DNA of 64,000 nucleotides. Source: Podarcis pityusensis (taxonomy: Eukaryota). The translations under genes and the position numbers were made by a program. The notes under the pieces were generated by a model. That model was not told the DNA's origin and ran no database searches. It worked only from the letters and a program-made list of their open reading frames with translations. Every line of letters starts with the position of its first letter. The stretch's first letter is position 1. Of the stretch, positions 1 to 12,213 are shown one piece after another. The DNA lies in assembly GCA_964106645.2 (NCBI GenBank), contig OZ067038.1; one strand, written 5' to 3'.

Positions 1-198
1 TGTCCCCTGTCTGAATCCTAAAGAGCTATTGGCAGTCAGTGTTGTGACAATTTTGAGTTAGATGTAACAGTGGCCTGGCTTGGTATAAAGCTACTTCCTG
101 TGTTCCATCTGAAAATGACCAACGTCTAGAGGTAAAGTGAGGGCTGCATGCCTCTCTCAGTGCTGCTGGCGAAGTGGAAAAGGGCAAAGTTTCCCTAA

Positions 199-673
199 GG
201 CCACCTTCACACCATACATTTAAAGCACTACGATACCACTTTAAATAGTCATGGCTTGCTTCCCCCAAAGAATTCTGGGAGGTGTCATTGGCTAAGGCCC
301 TCAGGCATGGCCAAACTTGGCCCTCCAGCTGTTTTGGGACTACAATTCCCATCATCCCTGACCACTGGTCCTGTTAGCTAGGGATGATGGGAGTTGTAGT
401 CCCAAAACAACTGGAGGGCCAAGTTTGGCCATGCCTAGCTAAGGGTGCTGAGGGTTGTTAGGATGCCCCACTCCCCTCCCAGAGCTACAATTCCCAGAGT
501 GGTTAAACTATAGATCCCTCTTCACAGGGAACTCTGGCATTGTAGCTCTGGGAGCTGAACGGGTTCTCCTCTCAGAACCCATAACAAACTACAGCTCCCA
601 GAATTCTTTCGGGGAAGCCATTTCTGATTAACGTGGCATCAAAATCCTTCAAAAGTATGGTGTGAATGCGGTC
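199..673. mobile_element. PIF/Harbinger-like MITE containing a nested palindromic hAT-like MITE (302-437)
   Basis: Imperfect TIRs GGCCACCTTCACACCATAC / GTATGGTGTGAATGCGGTC with TAA at both flanks; the inner element has long TIRs. Confidence 0.7.
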
Positions 674-1444
674 TAAAAGAGTTAAGAACTCTGCATCCCT
701 TTAAATTAGATTAGGTAGGAGGGACAGTGGATATGCCTCAGGTTACTGCTGCCCGAGGTGAGACATTTCTGAAGGATGGAGCAGCTGCGTTACTGCAAGG
801 CACTTCATTGGAGGTGAAGTGGCTTATAGTGCTGCTGTGTGAGGGAAGGTTTTTTCCTCTTTGCCTCCCCGCTGCCAGAGTATGAGAATTTGGTTACAAA
901 ACTGGAGGATTTTGAAACTCTGTCTTAATGGACCAAAACTGATAATCTGACAGCTCAGTTGCAGGTATGGCTGGCTTAGAAGATAAGAAGTGCTTCTCCC
1001 CGCCCCCAGTGCTGTGGGTTAACACACACATAATATCTCAGTAAGGGAGTGTGTGATGGTGAAGAGTTTCTCTTAGTTTACTTTTACTTTGCATGATGAA
1101 AATCTTTTCTGTGGGTCAAAGGAAATGCCTCACCCTTCCATCTGTTGCCGTGGAACTGGAGGTAAACAAAAGGGTGTGGGTTTAGTTTCAGATAGCCAAT
1201 GCATAAAATGAGAAACCAAAACAAAGAAGCATATATATATCCACACAGAGGCAATAACCTTCAACTTTGTAAAGTAATGCATTTATAGTTGAAGGTTTTG
1301 TCTTATCTAAGTATATCTTCTATATTTTGGGCATGCTCCCCTCCTCAACTTTGGATTGAATACCGCATTACTGACTAGTTTCGGACGGGGGACGACGACC
1401 CCTGAAAGATTAAAATGCATTAAAGATTTAAAAGATTAAAATTG

Positions 1445-1820
1445 GGTTGTGTTCCAAAGAGGGTGACCAGAATGGTGAAGGCTGGTGGAGAAGGCTGGGT
1501 GTATTTTGTCTGGAGAAGATTAAGGGGAGACATGATAGCAGTTTTCAAATACCTGGAGGGCTATCACACAGAAGCTGGAGTAGACATGTTCTCTGTTGCT
1601 CCAGGGGGTGGAAATTGCAAGGAAGCAGATTTCAACTAAGCATTAGGAGACATGCCCTGATGCAGTAAAAGCTGTTGGGACAGTGGAGCAGACTTGTCTT
1701 AGGAGATGGTAGACTCTTTCTTCACTGGAGGTATTTAAGCAGAGGCCGGACAGCCATCGGCCAGACTCTGCAGTGGGGTGCACTAGAAGTCCTCCAAGTT
1801 ACCCTGCCAAGTCTGTGGTT
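1445..1820 (+). mobile_element. Degraded CR1 LINE 3' fragment
   Basis: Encodes RRLRGDMIAVFKYL, typical of the CR1 ORF2 C-terminus; frameshifted. Confidence 0.75.
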
Positions 1821-1826
1821 CTAGAG

Positions 1827-1965
1827 CAGGACTGGACAACCTCTGTGGCCCTCCAGAGGGTTGCTGGGACTTCAAATCCCATCACTCCCAGTCTGCATTG
1901 CTAACAGAGGTGATGGGCATTGACCTTCAGCAACATCTGGAAAGCCACTGGTTCCCCCATGCCTA
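1827..1965. mobile_element. hAT-type MITE
   Basis: 8-bp TSD TTCTAGAG (1819-1826, 1966-1973); same family as many partial copies in the window. Confidence 0.7.
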
Positions 1966-2502
1966 TTCTAGAGGGTAAAATTTGACTTGTCACTTCGGTA
2001 AGCCCTAAAAGCACTGGCATTATGAACAGACCAGTTTTGCTAATGTGATATAAATGGAGCATTAGTGCCACTGGCTACTGATGGGGAGGAAATGTAGAAG
2101 AGGTGCTAATGATGTCACAACAGATGATTCCATTTCCTTTCCCCTGTTCAATCTCTCTCCATTCATAGGTGACTTATGGGAAAGCGTGACAGAGTAACAC
2201 TTTCCAGAAAGCCAGAATAAGATATACTCCCGCTTAGTTGGCTCCAAGGCAGTTGTTGGGGCAGATAATCAGGGTGTTGACTACACTGAGAGCATGTAAG
2301 GCGCCAAGTCTCCCAGCTGCTGCTGATTACTCTGACGCGACTGTCGCGCAGGCTGCCACATTTTGGCAACCCCTCCCAGAACCTTGAGCAGGGGAGAGAT
2401 TTTTGCCACCCTGGTCCAGCTCAGGGCACGTTTCTCTGCTGTGTGAGTCTTATCTTGCACACGCTCATGGGCTGGGTTTGCTCTCTGCCTTCTCCTCCCC
2501 AG

Positions 2503-5500
2503 GTAACATGCTGCTCTGCCTGTCGCCAGCCTGGCTCTCAAAGGCACCATCAGAATCCCACCCGGGAGAGTCGTCCTTGCTGGTCTTCAAGGCCGTGACC
2601 TTTGAACTCGGCGGCCGCACAACCCTGGAAGAGTTTGCACCCCCGCGCCGTGTCACCTACTTCACTGGCTGCTTTGGGCCCTGCAAGGTGCAGGGCCAGT
2701 CGGCAGCAGAACTGGCCCGAGACCTCGACTGCCCCACGGGGGGCTCAGGAGAGCTAGCTCGCCTGCTGGAGGACAAGCTCCTGACCCGCCAGCTGATGGA
2801 CCAGCAAGCATGCGTGGCTGTGCCCCCCACCCTGGCCTTCACCTTCAAGCGCCCGCTGCCTCTGCGAAGTGTGACAGAGGAGCAGCGTGTCCGCATGGTG
2901 GAGCTGAGCGGCCGTGAGGGGCAGGACAACCTGCTGCAGGAGGAAATAGCAGCCTTCCTGCAGAGTGGCGCCATGGAGTCCTATAGCCAGGTGAGGAGCC
3001 CTGAACCTCAGATGGAAAGCTACAAACAGGAGGTTTGGAAAGGTGCGTTATTATATGGCAAGAGCAGTGCACTTCCTGTATCCGGGACAGGGGTTGCCAA
3101 CTGATGGCCCTCCCATCAGCCCCAACTAGCATGGCCATTGGTCAGGGTGGGTGCAACTTGCAGTAAAGCAACATGCGGAGGGCCTCAGGTTCCTCACTCC
3201 TGGAATTTGAGCCAAGATAATCCTCTGAGCCTAAGTGTTGTCTCTATTGTTCTTCCTTATAGGTGGTGGTAAAACCATCAGGCTGGCGCTGGAACGGAGC
3301 CCAAGCTGTGTCATTCCATGCTAAGTCAGAACAGGGATGCGTCCTTCAAGCTGTCCTCACGCTGCTGGAGACCCTGGAAGAGGAAGAGAGCATTTTGCTG
3401 GAGGCCTTCATTCCCACTGCTCATGTGGTCCGGCCTGGCCCTCCTGACACGAACGGCTCCCCATGTAAGGGATATATTTTCATCCCTTCTCACTGAGGTC
3501 GGTCCACATAATGAACTGTCCTCCAAATTAGCGCCCACAATTATGATAGTTTACTCCATAAGTGAGTCACTCCCATTGACTGCTTCATGTCATCTCTTGC
3601 CCACTCCAGAGCATCTGAAAGAATTGCCTTGAACCAGCTATTTCCTGAAGGGATCTAAGTGGGCAAAAGATGGCATGGGCAGGTTGGGGAAGCTACCATA
3701 TTGGAATCTGATAATCCTTCAGGGGCATGTTGCATTGTTGGTTGTACTCCAGACTTTGGGCCTCTTCTGATGACCTGTTTACTGAACATTCATCCCAAAT
3801 TGCTTGCAGAAAGCTTATGCAGAGGTTTGATTACATCTGGTCTTTATTGACAAGTGTTCTGAGTTGTTTATGGGGTAGTTATACATCAAGGGCAATTTGT
3901 CCTGCATTCATCCCCGATTGGCATTTGGGGTATTTACATGTCTTTCCACCAGTCATTTGTTTATCCCGCACTGTCACTTTCCAAAGCACAGAAAGTATTT
4001 CTTTTAAAAGTGCATTTGTTGTGCTAAGCCAATAGAGCCCTTTGGTACCTTGTAAACGTGCAAAGCTAAAGTTCCAGCATGCACTTGAATCCCTCCTGCA
4101 AAATGATGACAGTCTGGAGGCACCCCTTCTTCTTTTCACTCCCCTCCACATGCCCCACTCCTATCAATTTGCCTCTCTGATATATTCTATCTCCCTCTCC
4201 CTCCCTCTCCTACATCTCCGATTCCAGGCAATTCATCTCCACAGCCCAATCTAGCAGTCCGAATATGTGCTGTTGTCTGCAGATCCCGAAAAGACCAGCC
4301 TCTGCTAAGCAAGGTAACCAAAGCCCACAGCTCCAATACAGATCGGGGGAAGAAAGCCCAAGGAATCCTCACTGGCAGAAAAATTGTAGCCCTGTACTGT
4401 AGTCCGTTCCTCTTACCTGTTTTCAGGGGAACAAATTGTTGGTTGAGGGCAAGGAAATAAGTGGCTCTGCCCAGTTTTAAACTGTTTTGTAGGGAAGACA
4501 CACAAACACTGATTGGTATTGGTAGATTTGGGTGATCTTTTGACTCCAAAATAATGTCTTATTTGAAACCAGGCTAGCTTATTTTATCAACTGTCCCACT
4601 CACAGTCTCTAACCTTCACCTGGAAAGACTCCAGAAATCATAGATCCCGGCACAAAATCCCACAGACACCTTGCATGCACACAACCATAACCCACTGTAT
4701 GAACAGAAGAAAGTAGAGAGATTCCAATTTGGACTGTTGGTATGGAGATGTTAAGACAAACTGGAGGAACAGGTGCTTGAATGACAGCAGCCCAGAGAGA
4801 CTGCATGCATTTTTTTGGTTCTCTTTCAGGTAGTGTGTGGTGTGGGCCGGGCAGATAAGCCCCTGAAGCACCAGGCCACAGTGCCCCAGACTTTGGAGAG
4901 CAGCCTGCGTCAGTGGGGACTAAAGGATGAGGCCCAGATTGCAGCCATTCATGCCCAGATAAAGCAGAAGGCTGAAGCAGCCATGAAGGCCTTCATGGAC
5001 ATGGAAGCTGGCCTGTCAGTTGAGCAACGAGGTGGTCGCCGAGCACAAACCGACATCATTGGTGAGTTACCCTGTCAAGTCATTACGGAGGCTGCTTCTA
5101 AGACACTGTGGGGCCCTGCACTTTCGATGCCCAGAATAGCATGAGGCTATCAGCGTTCCTCAAGCCCAGTCTCCATCAGCTGTGGGGCAGCAGTGCAAAG
5201 CAGCTGCACTTAGCCATGCACCAGCAAGCAAAACTCAATTTTAATCAGCTATGGGGAAGTCCTTGCCAAGCCCTTGTGTTCAGAAATCCTTGCACTGGTA
5301 GAATGATTGGCAAAGTGTGGTGCTGAATTCCTCCTTTTGAACCAGTGGCAGGTTGGGACCCTGAAATCCCACAGCCCCAGAGATGCAGACACCTTTTTGT
5401 TCCGGCCTCTGATGTGGACATGAAACTGTCTTAAGTAATGATTCCCCAATATCTTCAGTGTATGTTTCTGGTAGTGCAAGAACCAATCCCTTAAGTTTCT

Positions 5501-8500
5501 GCAGCCCAGTGATGGAGCCTGAGTTGCTATCGTGGAAACTTCTGCTGTAATGCCTTCTGTGAACTCTTTGCCTCAATAAAATGCTTGAGCAACAGGTTCC
5601 TACGTCAATCATTCTTCCTAAAACCAAACAAAAAAATGACAAACCCAGTTGCTGCCCGTTAGTTACATTTTGATCTCACTGACCAGCTTATGAGACACCA
5701 TTAATTCTAATTTAGATTTATTTCCCACTGTATGACGTGTACTGTACAAAACTTTTTCATCCTCTCTCTCTCACTGCCTGATGGCAGTGGCCTGCAGATG
5801 TACAAAAGCTGCATGCACACTCTTCTCCCCTTGCTTATTTTATTTATTGATTTCTCACCCCTTGACCATTCTGGCTGGGGCTAATGGGAGTTGGAGTTTA
5901 ACAACATCTGGAGGACCACAGGTCCCCATACTTGGATTAATCCATTGTTCTTAGTGCACCTTTGAGGTTTCTTCTCTTTCATGCCTTTTCTGTCTTTATG
6001 ACATATTTGGCCCAATAGTTCATTTCGATGAGAGATGTTCCCTATTGGCCCAATGTCTAAGACTCCAGCCTTTACGGAATGAGGGGCTGGTCCAGCTGCT
6101 CCTAGGAAAAGGGTTGCTGCCAGCTGCCAACCTCTAAGGCAAGAGAGCCAGCAGCAGCTGCAAATTTGGCCTGACAGCAGGCGAGGAAACTGGCGGGGCG
6201 AGAGGTACAGCAGCAGCGGCACAACTTCTCAGTGTGTGGAGCAGTAGTGAAAAGTGCAGATTCCACATTAGGAATCATTAGGGAAGGAATTAAAAATAAA
6301 ATAAATTTTTGGAGGATAATTCTGTCAAGTTGGCCCTGTAAAAAGCACCATGTTCAGAAAGCAGGGTGGGATGCTCAGTTATCAGATCCTAGTGGGTGAC
6401 AGAAGAGTACTGCTGCCTTGATGGTTTCCTGTGGGCAGGCATGTGGTTGGCAATCCATGTGAAATGGGATGCTGGATGAGATGGACCTTTAGAGCAGATC
6501 CTACCAGGGCTGCTCATACGTATAATGAAGGAGCTCTTACTTCAGTGGGGTTATTTGTTCCATCAACTCACCCTTGGGATTTGGCTAATGGTTGAGCTGA
6601 CCAGAAGTTCAGTGATCTTCAGCCACACGTTCTTGATTGACAGGGCCTCCTTTGCTTCTCCTTTCTCCAGGTGTGGATTTTCTCCTAAGCTCAGAGGAAC
6701 AGGTGCTGCAGCTGGTGGCCCTGGAGATGAACTCGCAGTTGTGCCTAGAGACCTGCTCCGTCTTCGAGTCCATGGGCCGGGTGGTGGGGGCTCCAGCGGG
6801 CGAGGCAGCACGCCCCCTGGTGGAGACGATGATGCGTCGCACGCAGTGCCACCTGATGGAGGGCAAACACGTGTTGGTCATTGGGGCCGGCGGAGTCAGC
6901 AAAAAGTTCGTCTGGGAGGCAGCCAGGGACTACGGGCTAAAAGTAAGATGCGGAAACCGGAGCCATGCAGCCCCCCACAGGCTGCAGGATGGACTAACTA
7001 GAGCAGCACCCCCCTAAAGCCCCCGTCCATATAATATAAACTTTATGGGTGCCATCTAAGCACAGAGAGGGGAGAAAGGCACAGCCCCCCTGCCAATCAA
7101 AAGGGCTCACCATTGTGCTATGCACTTACGCCAGTGGAGCTGGCCTGCTTGCTGCATTGCTGCTCCCCGGTCATGCTATTCTTGAGGCTGGCCATCTTAT
7201 CAGGATTACTTCGAGCAGGGCATCGGACAGCCCAGTCTGGAACCAAGTTTTAAGTTGGACGAGTCACTGGGGATGGAAGTGAGTTCTTGAGGATTTCAGG
7301 CGTAGCCAGGTCTGCTTCTTTCTTAACCACATCTTGCCTCCATTTAAAAATGGTAGGAAGCAAACATGAGGCACGACTGCTGTGCGGGTTCTGGATCCCC
7401 AAGATCCCAGTCTGGCTCCAGAATCGGCCACTGTGGGATGTGACCTGCCCACTGCCAAGCAGCACTTGCTTCCTTGTTCCTGGCCTTCTATAGCAGCCAG
7501 GAGGCTTCAGAGGCTAAAGCGTCTTCTGTCACTGCTTCTCCACCACAGTGTGCAGCTGTTTAAAGTCACAGGCTAAAGGAAATGGGATGGGAGCCTTACA
7601 GCTGAGGCAGCAGGGATGCATAAAAAGAACCTTTTCAATGAAATACCCCTGCTTTGCCTCTCCCATCCCTTGTATCATTATTTATTAGACTTGTTAGTCA
7701 CTTGTTAACTAAAGGTCTCCAAGTGACTTTCATTCTTACCTTCCTAAACATTGTAGTTTTGTGGCTTCTCCAAACTCAGAAGAGAAACCCTGTTCCGTTC
7801 TTGGTGCTGGGACATAACCATGCTGGTTATTGTCTCCTTTGGAGGACATGGGTGTACAGTGCAGTTTCAAGAATGAACTGTCCTGGGTTATCCTGTTTCT
7901 GGGACCTCTAGATTACCTTTGGAGCCACAAAGGGCCCCCCCTCGGAATAGGCGGGAGACTGACAAGCAGAATAGATATGGGGATAGTATGTGTGGGGAGG
8001 GGTGGTGGTGATGTTGTAATGAAATGAAAACTAAATTGGCAGGAGGAGACAGCTGGTGGTTTAGCCAGCAGCAACTAGTCCCATTTTTCTTTCAAAAGCC
8101 CAAGTGCCTTGATGCCAGTTTATTCCTCTGAGGGCTGAATTTGCCCCTGTTGGAGTCTTGCTGCCATTTTGCAGTTCAGACCCTGAACAAAACATGTTGA
8201 CCAGAGTCTATGTCAACAGCTACGGTCTTCACAATGGGACAGTCTGTATCCTTTATTCTCCTGGAAAATGGCTGTGCTCTGGAGTTACTTTAAAGTGGTG
8301 GTGGGGGGAGCCTGCTTGGATGTCCCCATGTCTCTGGAGTTGCTATATGTCCCTGCTAAAATCATCATCAGTGAAACCGTTAAGGCTGCCTTACCCATCC
8401 ACTCGGCTTATTTGTTTGTTTAGTTATTTACTTAAGCTATTTATATTAAGCGGTGTAACGTAAGCCTTAAAGGCACACAATGGATATGCTTATGGCTCAC

Positions 8501-10350
8501 AAAGCCCAGTGAGCTGAATGGAGGCACCTCCCTGATGCAAACTGAATCCAGTTTAAGGAGGCACAGTGGACACACAGAGCAGAAGAGTGACTCCCTTTTG
8601 CACACACACCCATGCAACCACCTGGCTCAGCTTTTTGTTTCCGCCCTCTTGCCAGCCGGGGTCCTTCCCCAGCACCTCTTCCTCCTACACCTAGAGGACA
8701 ATGTCTCCTCATTCTAAATTCTCTTGTTGCTGAAGCAGGCATGTAGAGAAGGATCAGATCCTGTCTCCCACCCCTGCCGCCAAACCTGTGGGTTCCAATG
8801 GAAGCTGTCCCACCTGAGCACAAATGGGATGCCTGCAAGATGGGGAGTTGCTGCCCATAGATTGGAGCCTACTTCCCAGGGGCTGTTGTGCCGTGCCTGG
8901 TCCCAAGGAGCTGTCCTTCTCTGGTACTGTCAGTAGTGATGCATCTCTGATTTTTCTCCCATCTTCTCTGCATCTCTGCCCTTCTGTGTCTGCCCTTCCT
9001 TCTTCCCCATCCCTGCTCCCACTCCTACCTCTCTCCTACCCCACTCTCTCTCTCTCTCTCCCCATCTCCACCCCCCTCTTTCTTTCTCGCTCTCTTTCTG
9101 ATCTTTCCCATCCCCAGATCCACCTGGTGGAGTCCGACCCCAACCACTTTGCCTCCCAGCTGGTGCAGACCTTCATCCACTATGACACCACAGACCACAA
9201 GAGGGATGAAGAGCATGCCCAGAAGCTGCTGGGGCTTGTGCAGGAGCGGGGCTTGCATCTGGACGGCTGCCTCTCCTACTGGGACGACTGCATGGTCCTG
9301 ACGGCACTGGTGTGCGAAGGGCTGGGCCTGCGCTGCAGCTCCCCGACAGCCATGCGCGTGGCCAAGCAGAAGAGCCGCACTCACCTGCACTTGCTGCGCC
9401 GTCGCAAAGAGGGGGCTCGCTGGCCCTCGGCAGCGCTCTATGCCGTGCCCTGCTGCCACCTAGAGAGCCACACGGATGTGGAGCGGGCTGCGAGCCACAT
9501 CAGCTTCCCTGGGGTCATGAAGCTAGAGTACGGGGCCGGGGCTGTGGGGGTCAAGCTGGTGGAGGATGCACAGCAGTGCCACCTGCACTTTGACAAGATC
9601 TCCAGGGACCTGCAGGATGACTCAGACCACCCGGGCATCGGGCTGGGCTGGGGCAACGCCATGCTGTTGATGGAGTATGTCTCTGGCACTGAGCACGACG
9701 TGGATCTGGTGATGTACGAAGGGCGGATGCTGGGGGCTTTTGTCTCTGACAACGGGCCCACCCGGGTGCCCAACTTCACCGAAACGGCAGCCTGCATGCC
9801 CACCTGCCTGCCCCCTGACCGTGAGGCGCAGCTCATCCGCGCTGCCTACCAGTGCTGCTTAGGCTGCGGCCTCACCGACGGCGTGTTCAACGTGGAGCTG
9901 AAGCTGACCGCATCCGGCCCCAAGCTCATCGAGATCAACCCCCGCATGGGCGGCTTCTACCTCCGCGACTGGATTCAGGAGATCTACGGCGTGGACATCA
10001 TGCTGGCCTCCGTCATGGTTGCCTGTGGGGTGGTCCCCCTCCTGCCTGCTCGCTCTTCCCCCCGCATGCACCTGGTGGGAGTGATGTGCTTGGTCTCGCA
10101 GCACTTGCAGGCCCTCAAGTCCACGGCCAGCCTGGAGACGCTCCAGGCCCTGCATGAGCGTGGCGTCATCCGCCTCAACCTGCTCGATGACGAGCTCGTG
10201 TCCAGCGAGTACGAGGAGCCCTACTGCAACGTGGCTTGTGCCAGCTCTAGCCGCCGCGAGGCCTGCCTCAAGCTGCTGGGCATCTGCCAGGTGCTGGGCA
10301 TCGACTCCCCACACTACCCTGTGGCCCACTTCCTCTCGCATTTCAAATAG
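2503..10350 (+). CDS. CARNS1: Carnosine synthase 1 (ATP-grasp ligase), last six coding exons: 2503-2990, 3263-3464, 4228-4313, 4830-5061, 6671-6942, 9118-10350; upstream exons not found in the window
   Basis: The spliced translation GNMLLCLSPAWL...VVVKPSGWRW...LAVRICAVVCRS...GAGGVSKKFVWEAARDYGL...PGVMKLEYGAGAVGV...EINPRMGGFYLRDW...YPVAHFLSHFK* matches human CARNS1 as recalled. All introns are GT-AG and phase-compatible. An in-frame ATG at 2508 gives about 835 aa. Confidence 0.96.
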
Positions 10351-12207
10351 CCTTGGAGATATGGCTCCCTCCGTCTGGAGCTGAGCCTGGGCCTGCTCCG
10401 GAGAGGGAGCCTTGCCTGCCCCTGCTCCTAAATTAGCCTTCCCTTGCTCCCAACTCACCACTGGGGTTTGCATTATTACACAAACACCCTATTTCCTACA
10501 GTCTTTCTCAAGTGGCTGCTGTCTCCCTCAGGAAGGAGCGTGGCACCATCTGGTGCCATCTCTGGTAAGTGCCACACACACACACCATTCACACCCTTGA
10601 ATGGGCTCACATCCTCCTTTTGCGGGGGGGTCCTATTCAATGCAGAGTCCCACCCTTTTTGAAGTCATCTCCTCTTCCGTTATTTGCAGCTCTGCTTAAT
10701 TCCCCAACTACAACCTTGGGTCCTACATTGTTCCTCCCCGCCACCATACACAGAGGCAAGATCTCGCCTCTTCACTTTCCCTTTCTTCCGCTGGGGGAAA
10801 AGTTGTTGGCTCATGGCCAGGCATCCCCTGGAGAGATCCTACTTCATGCTTCCAAAATCAGTGGAAAGAGGGCTGGGGTCAAAAAATTATTACAGTCCCC
10901 ACCAGCCACAATACTTCAGTGATCCTGCAAGAGCAAAATAGTGCAAATCTGACTCTGAGCATTCTCTCCCCCCCCCCCAACATCGAACCCCTGTATGCAA
11001 ACATCTACTTACGGGAAAGTCCCGCAAACTCCTCTGCCAACCTACTGTAACAAAAGGACCATATGCAAGCCTGCAATAACAGATGTTTACAGAGCAGTAG
11101 AATGTAAGACATTAACAAGCTAGTTCCACTGACTCAGCACTTGCAAACCCCCGCAGTAACATCCTAGCGCCGCGTGATCCTTTTAGGAGCTAATGAGCAT
11201 GCACAATACTGTGCTCATAAAATGACCATAGAAATAACAAGAGGGCAAACAGTGATGCTGTGGCAATCTCTGACATGCATGCTTAGGTGCTGGGAGAAGC
11301 CGCCAACCAAGTTTTCAGTGCTTGCAAGAGAAACTGCTGTAACAATCTCCCTGCAGTGTCCCAAGAGAGACCCTACAGTAGGATATTGCTGTGACAGCTT
11401 CTAAGCACCCACCAGTAACACATTAGCATATGAGAATCTCCAGTGAAAAACAGCACCAGCACTCCTGACTTACCTTAAAATAATCAGCCTTCCGACGGAA
11501 GCCCCTTCCAATGCCCCTGAAGACCCTACACTACTAAGAAACCATAGTGCCAGCATTCCTGAGTGTTTCTGCAATAACAAGCCACAACCTTGCCACCACT
11601 CTGAATTATGGTGAAGTAGTAATGCTTTGTGCATAGTCCTAGCATCCCCAAATAAGTGACATTACCAATTTAGTACCAGCATCCTTAAAAATGCCTATAA
11701 CCAGCATAAAGGAAAAAGAAGCAAAAGCAGTTTTGACTGGCATGGTGGAAGAGCATCTCTTGTCTGTTTAGCACGCTAGTGGAAAACTCTGGCCCTCCAG
11801 AAGCGGTTGGACTGTGACTTCTGTCAGCCCCAACCAGACATGGCCAATGATCAGAGATGATGGGAGCTGCAGTCCAACAGCATCTCGAGGGTCCATCAGC
11901 CTACCACACTTGTTTAATAGCTCATGGGTTTCCTGCAGCTTCTGAAAGAGCAGTTGCAGGATGGAGCACCTGAAGGGCCTGGGATGACATTCCAGAGCCT
12001 GTGAGGCTTAAAATGACAGGCATATTGATCCCATTGGGGGAGAGGGGAGGCAGGAACAGAGATTCAGGGTGCCCATGATTGGGTGACTAACAGCAGGACC
12101 ATTAGTTAAGTGTGCCCTCCTAACATGGGTTGGTGACCCTGCCTTCCTGCCTGCCTATCCTTCCCAACACTTCTGTAACCAGGCAGGCATAATAGTTCCT
12201 CCCCCAC

Positions 12208-12213
12208 AATAAA
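12208..12213 (+). promoter_or_regulatory. Candidate CARNS1 polyadenylation signal (AATAAA), implying a 3'UTR of about 1.9 kb
   Basis: First AATAAA I found downstream of the stop at 10350. Confidence 0.5.

Noticed and set aside
8824-9117. N-terminal 98 aa of the 508-aa ORF
   Set aside because: Intronic polypyrimidine tract read through in frame; homology starts at the acceptor at 9118.
9025-10473. Several antisense and alternate-frame ORFs (up to 204 aa)
   Set aside because: Shadows of the GC3-rich CARNS1 last exon.
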